Source of the DNA: Octopus vulgaris
Taxonomy: Eukaryota
Length of the DNA: 64,000 nt
Reading direction: 5' to 3'
NCBI GenBank assembly: GCA_951406725.2
Contig: OX597824.1
Location: forward strand, 12,834,001 to 12,898,000
The translations under genes were made by a program, and so were the position numbers. Below, one piece after another: positions 55,506-64,000 of the stretch (its first letter is position 1; the number at the start of each line of letters is the position of its first letter). A model generated the notes under the pieces. The model saw nothing but the letters and a program-made list of their open reading frames with translations. It was not told where the DNA came from and searched no databases.

Positions 55506-55568
55506 ATATAAGAACCAATGGCGTTTCCCAAGTCATAGACTCATGAAGCCGGTTGCCTGAATTCTGTA

Positions 55569-55623
<55 letters not shown>

Positions 55624-55680
55624 AGATGTACTCGCATAGCAAGTGATTTGATCTGAGATCGTGTGCTGAAACGAAAACAA

Positions 55681-55954
55681 TTGCAGCGTGGAAGGTGTTT
55701 ATAAGCCATTTAAGAAACACACAAAAGCCGTTCGATTCACTTCAACATTTAAGTTTAATTTGTCAAAATATTTTCGTCGCTTTAAGACCGCGACCTGTTC
55801 ACTGACAAAAATCCACGCAGCACGGATTTTTGTCAGTGAACAGGTCGCGGTCTTAAAGCGATGAAAATATTTTGACAAATTAAACTTGAATGTTGAAGTG
55901 AATCGAACGGCTTTTGTGTGTTTCTTACATGGCTTATAAACACCTTCCACGCTG

Positions 55955-55957
<3 letters not shown>
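55681..55957. repeat. 134-bp near-perfect inverted repeat (PLE-tail-type family also at 8290-8450, 22590-22645 and 32770-33012)
   Basis: Arms 55681-55814 and 55824-55957 with a 9-nt loop. Confidence 0.9.
55759..55809 (-). ncRNA. Minimal hammerhead-like motif, G3:C8 variant
   Basis: UUUGUCA-GUGAACA-G-GUCGC(9 nt)GCGAC-GAAA-AUAU-UU-UGACAAA; copies at 55829-55879 (+) and 32811-32861 (-). Confidence 0.55.
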
Positions 55958-56010
<53 letters not shown>

Positions 56011-56053
56011 AAAAAAGAAGTTTGAAAACATCACTATATTAGATAAATTTTAA

Positions 56054-56096
56054 TTTTACACGTTTCGGTTCTTGAAATAACGAACCTTATCAAAAA
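56054..56096 (-). ncRNA. Minimal hammerhead motif, U3:A8 variant
   Basis: UUU-UUGAUAA-GGUUC(loop)GAACC-GAAA-CGUG-UA-AAA. Confidence 0.5.
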
Positions 56097-56470
56097 AAAA
56101 TATAATAAACAGTATAATGGAACAGTTCATAATTGTTACATACATTCAATAGAATCCATGCTATATACATTCAATAGAATCCATGTTCTTAAAAAGGCGA
56201 ACCTTTTCAAATATATTATAAAGAGTATAATAGAAAAAATCCATAGTCGTTCCTTACTGTTTTGTCGAGTGTAGTGGAGAAGTTCATTATAGATTTTACC
56301 TTGTGTTCCAATGGAAGCAACAGTAGTGATTCTTGGTCGTCGTCTGTTGGTCGTAATTTGGTGGTGGTTGGGGTTATATCAGCTGTGACAGCAGCAGTAG
56401 CCGTGGTCTCTGGCACTGTTCACTGACGTCATATAATTCAAAACCCAGCTTCAACGAATATAAGGAAAAG

Positions 56471-56776
56471 ACCCATAACTGTATCCTGTTTGGAAACCAA
56501 CCAAGCAGAACGACAAGCTTGACCACAGAAGAAAAACGTCATCAATTTTTTAACGAATCAAAATCAGATCTGACCCATAACTGTATCCTGTAAGGTGGCT
56601 AACCAAGCAGAACGACTAGTTTGACCACGGAAGAAAAACGTAATCAATTTTTTAACGAATCAAAATCAGATCTGACTCATAACTGTATCTTGTAAGGAAA
56701 CCAACCAAGCATGGCGACAAGCTTGACCACGGAGGTAAAACGTCATCAATTTTTTGACGAATCAAAATCAGATCTG
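56471..56776. repeat. Three tandem 102-bp units
   Basis: Units start at 56471, 56573 and 56675. Confidence 0.85.
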
Positions 56777-57056
56777 CTCGCAGAGAAAAAATCTTTTTAT
56801 AAATTCTTCCTTCCCTAAGACATACCACTGCCAGCGGGAGTGACTGTTTAAGGATCTGAGAAATTGTAATTCTCCCCACCTCCACTATTTTAATTCTCTC
56901 ACTGTGGCCGTAGCCGCAGTGGTAGCAGTAGGGGGCTGTTGATCGTAGCAGTAATGGTAGTGACCACGGTGGTTATAGTAGTAGTGCTAGTGGGAGCAGT
57001 CGTAGAGGTTGTGGTAGAGTTTCGTTTTTTCTTTTTCGGAAGACCAATGTTTTGTT

Positions 57057-57740
57057 TTAATATTCCTGGCCCAGGGTGTTCAAACTTGGTCTAAATTTTT
57101 TGATGAAATAAAGTTCTTTATTTTGGCGTTGAGTGAAGGTTACGCTGTCACTGAATTTGTAAAGTGGGTAAGTTGTAAATTTCGGATTTTCATTTGCAGC
57201 ACATCTATCTATGTGTCCGCTGATCGGTATTTTCCGGTATTCAGGGTTTCTAATTTGTGATTTATGCACCGCCATCCTTTTACGTAAGCTATTTTTGTAT
57301 GGCCTATATATTGCCTATTGCAGCCTGCGCATGTTAAGACATAAATTAAGTTTTCTGATGCACAGGTGAAGTTTGTTCTAATGGTGAACTGATGGCCTTG
57401 TTCTAGTATAAATTCTGAACCTTCTACCAAGATGACACAGATTCCGCAGTTGGGCCTTCCACATTTTCTAACTGCTGGTTTTGTGGTTGATGTTGAGTGC
57501 AGTTTAGCTTGGGTTAAAATCCTTTTCAAGGATTTTGGTTGCCGTTTACTTTTAATGATGGAGTGTGTTTCGAGGATCCGGTTCATCTTTAGGTCTCCCT
57601 TTAGTAGGGCTGTGCTTTGTAGTATGGTGTTGAAGGCCTCATTGTTAAGTGGGTTGTGTGTAGAGATGTAGGGAAGGGTTTTTAATTGTTCTTTCTTTTT
57701 TGGTTTTGTTTGTCTCAGGTCTTCTATACTTAATTTAAGT
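57057..57740 (-). mobile_element. Penelope-like Zn finger plus GIY-YIG fragment (frameshifted), related to 33138-33918
   Basis: LPYISTHNP, SKRQPKSLKRILT, CGRPNCGIC and FTCASENLIYVLTCAGCNRQYIGHT motifs. Confidence 0.85.
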
Positions 57741-57905
57741 GCCCAGCTGGCCATGTGGCACCTCCAAGCCCTTGACGGGACGCCAGTCGACACCGCAAGA
57801 TTACTCACTTTTGTTAGCTGAAATGAAGTGTTTTGCACAAGAACATCCTAAACTTATACAATGCCTCAACCACTAAGCCACACGCCTTCACCCCATATAT
57901 ATATG

Positions 57906-57936
<31 letters not shown>

Positions 57937-57937
<1 letters not shown>

Positions 57938-58410
57938 GAGACAGAAACACCCACAACTTCATCAACTCCGAACGGTATTAACTCAACCAAGCCATAAAAT
58001 ATTAAATATTATACTTAGTATTTCTATTCATAATCAACAAACTTTCCATATTACGGACTACACGTGTTTCATGAGGGTACGTATGGTATTATTAAGACAC
58101 AAAGTCTCATTCAAAAACTCATTATGTTCACGCACTCCCAATCGTCAGGTCTATTTTCCCTACATTTATAAATATAACTACTCCTTATATATCACTATGT
58201 TTGTCAAAATTAATTACAAGTATATAAGTATAAATAAGTAAATAAATAAATTAATGAACCTTATAAATTTAAGACATAAGAATTTTACACGCGCAGTCCG
58301 TAATATGGAAAATTTGGGGATTGTGAATAGAAATAGTAAGTATAATATTTAATGGCTTGGTTGAATTAATACCGTTCGGAGTTGATGAAGTTGTGCGTGT
58401 TTCTATCTCT
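57937..58410. repeat. ~125-bp inverted repeat enclosing a hammerhead motif
   Basis: Arms ~57937-58066 and ~58287-58410. Confidence 0.8.
58056..58151 (-). ncRNA. Type I hammerhead ribozyme motif, canonical core
   Basis: GAC-CUGACGA-(11-bp imperfect stem II, long loop)-GAAA-CACGUG-UA-GUC; palindromic helix III. Confidence 0.6.
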
Positions 58411-58510
58411 AACACAATTTTGATAGATATGAATTAATTATTGAGAGTAATTCAATTTAATATCTTTAATTTGAATGTGTCATTCCTGTGGCATTGGAAT
58501 TGATCTTCCC

Positions 58511-58542
<32 letters not shown>

Positions 58543-58617
58543 CTAATAATAATAATAATAATAAAACTACTACTACTACTACTATAATAATAATAATAAT
58601 AATAATAATAATTTTAA

Positions 58618-58648
<31 letters not shown>

Positions 58649-58698
58649 TTGATTTTGATTTTTCCAGTTTCAGCTAATGAGCTGTGGCCATGCTGGGG

Positions 58699-58752
<54 letters not shown>

Positions 58753-58754
<2 letters not shown>

Positions 58755-58944
58755 TAATCAGGGTTCAGCAAAGATTTACATTACCACATACCGAAGTTTA
58801 GAAATAGCAGCCAGAGAACCTTAGCTATTTCCTCTAATTTTTGTCTGGGAATCTCCTTTTAAAGTAGAGGAGATAGCTAAGGTTCTCTGGCTGCTATTTC
58901 TTCGGTATGTGGTAAAGCAAATCTTTGTTGAACCCTAATTATTA
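58753..58944. repeat. ~85-bp inverted repeat (foldback, MITE- or PLE-tail-like)
   Basis: aataatcagggttcagcaaagattt... pairs with ...aaatctttgttgaaccctaattatt. Confidence 0.75.
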
Positions 58945-59055
58945 AATATTACTTAAGTTTACCGAGAAATGGTCCCTTTTCGTGCCGAATTCTATTTGGT
59001 GGAATTATTGATTACTAGTTAATTAATTAATTTTACCCTTTGTTATTATTGATAT

Positions 59056-59127
<72 letters not shown>

Positions 59128-59130
<3 letters not shown>

Positions 59131-59274
59131 TAAGTAGCTTCCTTACCAACCACATGGTTCCGGGTTCAGTCCCACTGCGTGGCACCTTGGGCAAGTGTCT
59201 TCTGCTATAGCCTCGGGCCGACCAATGCCTTGTGAGTGGATTTGGTAGACGGAAACTGAAAGAAGCCTGTCGTA

Positions 59275-59337
<63 letters not shown>

Positions 59338-59553
59338 ATATGTTTGTGTGCCTGTGTTTGTCCCCCTAGCATTGCTTGACAACCGATGCTGGTGTGCTTA
59401 CGTCCCCGTCACTTAGCGGTTCGGCAAAAGAGACCGATAGAATAAGTACTGGGCTTACAAAAGAATAAGTCCCGGGGTCGATTTGCTCGACTAAAGGCGG
59501 TGCTCCAGCATGGCCGCAGTCAAATGACTGAAACAAGTAAAAGAGTAAAAGAG
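59128..59553 (+). mobile_element. SINE family 1 copy
   Basis: Near full-length match. Confidence 0.85.
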
Positions 59554-60298
59554 TATATAACGATCTTATCTTCCTATCGTCTTTATCTAAACAGTTATCT
59601 TTCTGCAAACTTATCAATTTATGCATCTGTCTGAATATCTATCAATTTCTGTAACTTCTTTCAATAGAGTAAGCATAAAAATCTAAACCAACAGTAAAAA
59701 AATATCTCGCGTCTGTTTATATTATTTTGAAATCTTTTCAATATATTTCGTTATTTTCTCACATTCCTACAAAATTACGTCAATTCACAATCCACAAAAA
59801 AAACATTCTACGTGACTGACATAACACACATTTGATTTTTTCCATTTACCTGTTCCCACTTATTTACTCCTCTAATATATCTTGTTTATTTAGCGGTTTA
59901 AGCCCCTGTTGTGGCTTCCACGCCGCCCCCCCCTCTTCCAATCTTTTCTTTAACTTTATATTTTTCGATTATCTTGTCAGGTCATTGACCGTCTATTTCT
60001 ACACTAACAGAGAATGTCATGTCTCTCACTATATAAAGGCGCTACAAACAAAATTAAACATAAAACTATTAAGCAACAGCAAAGATATGTGTTGTCTATT
60101 ATACTATTGCATTTATTTCATTATTGACATTACTATGAAACGAATATGACCGCACCGATGCAATATTTACAAAATAAACATTCTATGCATAAGAACATAT
60201 ATCATTTATTCATTTGCTTGTTGTTCCCACTTATTTATTTAAATTCGTTATTAGCGACAGAAGAAGTAATAGTTCAAATTAGCAGCTTATATATCATA

Positions 60299-60722
<424 letters not shown>

Positions 60723-60789
60723 TATTTTTTTTTTTTTTTCAGCTTATATATCATACTTAATTCATTAGCAGCTTATATATCATACTTAA

Positions 60790-60828
<39 letters not shown>

Positions 60829-60892
60829 GTTTAAATATTTGTTGTGCAAGATTATTGGCTAAACTGGCAATATGACCATTCCGAAATATAAC

Positions 60893-60923
<31 letters not shown>

Positions 60924-61080
60924 TTGAGTAATTGAATGAATTATCTTATTAAGGATAATTCGAAAGATAACCGATACCTGGGTAGCAAATTCACATCAGA
61001 AAGAACACGGTTGAAGCTACGTCCCTAGGGCATAGACTACGTGTCTTCGTGCGGAAATTTGTATGTTTATTTTAAAATTA

Positions 61081-61125
<45 letters not shown>

Positions 61126-61243
61126 TACTGAAAGACTTCTTAACTTCAGTATTCGTCTCGAGAAAGTTTCTCTTATGTAGCATTAAAAAAACAAAAACAA
61201 ATAGCAGCAGCAAACAAAAATTGTTCAGCAGCAGTGGTCGCAC

Positions 61244-61286
61244 TGCTAAATAGGTATTTCTGCTTCTTTGAGCTTCATCAGCAGCA
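61244..61286 (-). ncRNA. Hammerhead-like motif
   Basis: UGCUG-CUGAUGA-A-GCU(CAAAGA)AGC-A-GAAA-UACCUA-UU-UAGCA; diverged copies near 61345 and 62382. Confidence 0.45.
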
Positions 61287-63098
61287 AGTATCCACTGGGA
61301 TCGCAGGCTAAGCGAAAATCGGCCGAGAACAGTGAGTATTCTTGCTACTGGTAAAGCTCAAAGAAGCAAAAATCCGCACGCAGCAATGCCAACACTGCTG
61401 ACGGAAGATCATCTTCTGCTTCTATATTTCTATACGAGCAAAACACCACCCCCACGTCCAACGGACGGTGCTGAGTTGTCAAACATTTAAACCAAATTTT
61501 CTCAAAACAACTTGTCCGACCGTCCCATAGCCCCCGTTTGAGAAACACTGATTTGAGACACCAGCAAAAGAAGAAATAAAGATAGACTTTTTCTATTCCA
61601 AAGAAAAACGATTTCCCACGGCTTTGTCGATTGCATTCTCACCTGGAATCGATTTTTATCATTTTTTCAAGACTTATACACGCCCTGATACCGTCGGTAT
61701 CTACATATCAAATTGGAGCGCAATCGGATGGAGGATGTTCGAGATCTTAGAAGACACACACAAAGACAGACAGAACGGATTTTATATAATAGATTTGTTA
61801 ACACTAAGAAGCTCTTTCTCGAAATGAACACTGCAATTTAGAAGGTTAGTGTATATGCTTTAAGTATGATATCCGGATTGCTAATTTGAACTAATACTGT
61901 TTCCATCACTTTTTTTTTTTTTGCTGCTCTCGCGGATTCCCATGACTGTTACCATCCAATTCCATCATTATGAATATGAGTTGGGGTCTTCTGTCATAGT
62001 GAATCTTTCATCAGCTGATTACACAACCATAAATGCCACCCCTATGGATGCGTTATAGTTACTCTCTTGATAGAGTTTGGTGATCTTTCGAGAATTCCTC
62101 CGCTCAGCATCAATGTAAGAAACACTGTTGGCTCAGTTGAGCCCTTCTACCACCTTTTCACAATCCATCATGCTGCAGTCCCATGACCTCAGCGTATCCA
62201 TGGCAGGGTGGCTGAACGGGTGCTATGCCTTATCTAAGGTCAGCCCGTAACTAAGCTAATAACGAATTTTTATTCAGCCTGCCGGCTAATTGCAACATCG
62301 ATGAGTTTTCAATCACTATTTAACTATATCAATTCGCGGCTGATTTTCACTTAGTATGTGCTGTCAGTGGATACGTGCCACTGATGGAGTGCAACGAAGC
62401 AGAAATCCAAATTCAGCAATACCCCCGCTGCTACTGATATAGTTTTTTTACACTATATGCCTATAAGAGATGCTTTCTCGAGACGAATACTGCAGTTTAG
62501 AAGGCTTCCAGCAGTATATATGCTTCAAGTATGATATACAAATTGCTTACTCTATTTTGTTTATACACTAACTTAAACGATTATCTCAAGCTTGCATTAC
62601 TCTATTCACCTCTCGTCTCTGTCTATTACTCTATCTCCCTCTCTCATACACACAGTTTCTTCCTTTCTGTCTTTCCTCTTTTCTTCAATTTAGTATGCCA
62701 ACATTCTCTGTCCATTTCGTCTCAGACAAGATTGCCTTGTCTTTATTACATAGACACAAACTTCTCTATCTTTCGCTAACCTCTTTATCCCCCCTTGCAA
62801 TTTAAAACACAGCGATCAGCCAATTTATAGACTACACCCACAATTGATAACGATTCAGTTCAATCCAAACTCTATCCTATCACATACACAACCACGGCGT
62901 AACCTGCATTTCAATACATGTCAATTAATTCTCAAGTATAGCATGAAAGACAGCTTGAAAGAATCATTGTATGAATACGCGCGCCCGTACGTGTGTGTGC
63001 GTACATAAATACACATACACCTATATGGACACATGCCTATATTTATACACATATTCGCTTATTTACATATATGCACACACACTGTATAAGAGAGAGAA

Positions 63099-63167
<69 letters not shown>

Positions 63168-64000
63168 TACACGTGGAGTGGCTGTGTGTAAGTAGCTGTA
63201 ACCAACCACATGGTTCCGGGTTCAGTCCCACTGCGTGTATTTTGTGTGCTGTGTGTGTGTGTGTAAAGGCGGCGAGCTGGCAGAATCGTTGGACGCCGGT
63301 ATATATATATGTATGTGTGTGTTTGTTACCCTAGCATTGTTAGAGTAAAGTATATTCTGAGTTCAAATTCCGCCGAGGTCGACTTTGCCTTTCATCCTTT
63401 CGGGGTCGATAAATTAAGTACCAATTACGCACTGGGGTCGATATAATCGACTTAATCCGTTTGTCTGTCCTCTCTGTGTTTAGCTCTTCGTGGGTAGTAA
63501 AGAAATAGGTATTTCGCCTGTCGTTACGTTCTGAGTTCAAATTCCGCCGAGGTCGACTTTGCCTTTCATCCTTTCGGGGTCGATAAATTAAGTACCAATT
63601 ACGCACTGGGGTCGATATAATCGACTTAATCCCTTTGTCTGTCCTTGTTTGTCCCCTCTATGTTTAGCCCCTTGTGGACAGTAAAGAAATATATATATAT
63701 ATAAACAGTATAAACAGATACAAGTATATAAAATACAACATAAATTCTTGATTTATTAGAATTATCTATTTCTAGAGGATCTTGTGTCACAATGACACAC
63801 AAACGTGTATATAATATATATGTCCATCTTTTTCCTATCTAGCTACGTCTCATCTACTTCAGCCTCTCTTTCTCTCTCTCATTCATCCCTTCAATTTCTT
63901 ATGTCTAACTTTCATTGCTTTTATTCCTTTCTATATCTGCCACTGGAGGTGCAATGGCCCCATGGTTAGGGCAGCGGACTCGCGGTCGTAGGATCGCGGT

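Overview
AT-rich, microsatellite-laden eukaryotic genomic DNA. The SINE, LINE and microsatellite content suggests an octopus-like cephalopod (inference). The window holds two tandem minus-strand clan-2 (CYP2-like) cytochrome P450 genes. Gene B is complete: 8 exons, 53223->21371, 500 aa, with a GC-AG first intron. Gene A shows exons 1-6 (10314->1187) and continues off the left edge. A frameshifted orphan exon 5 of a third paralogue lies between them. Introns and flanks are packed with mobile DNA: a Dong/R4-type LINE with a long open ORF in (TAA)n, five CR1-group LINE pieces stacked in (TA)n, several Penelope-like element (PLE) remnants, four SINE families, mariner/pogo/piggyBac-type non-autonomous elements and a Helitron. 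The most unexpected signal is about a dozen minimal hammerhead-ribozyme-like motifs in PLE-type tails. They include apparent natural swaps of the 3:8 core pair (C3:G8, U3:A8, G3:C8) and an A6U core family. Most ORFs in the supplied track are microsatellite artefacts. All calls were made by eye and repeat boundaries are approximate.
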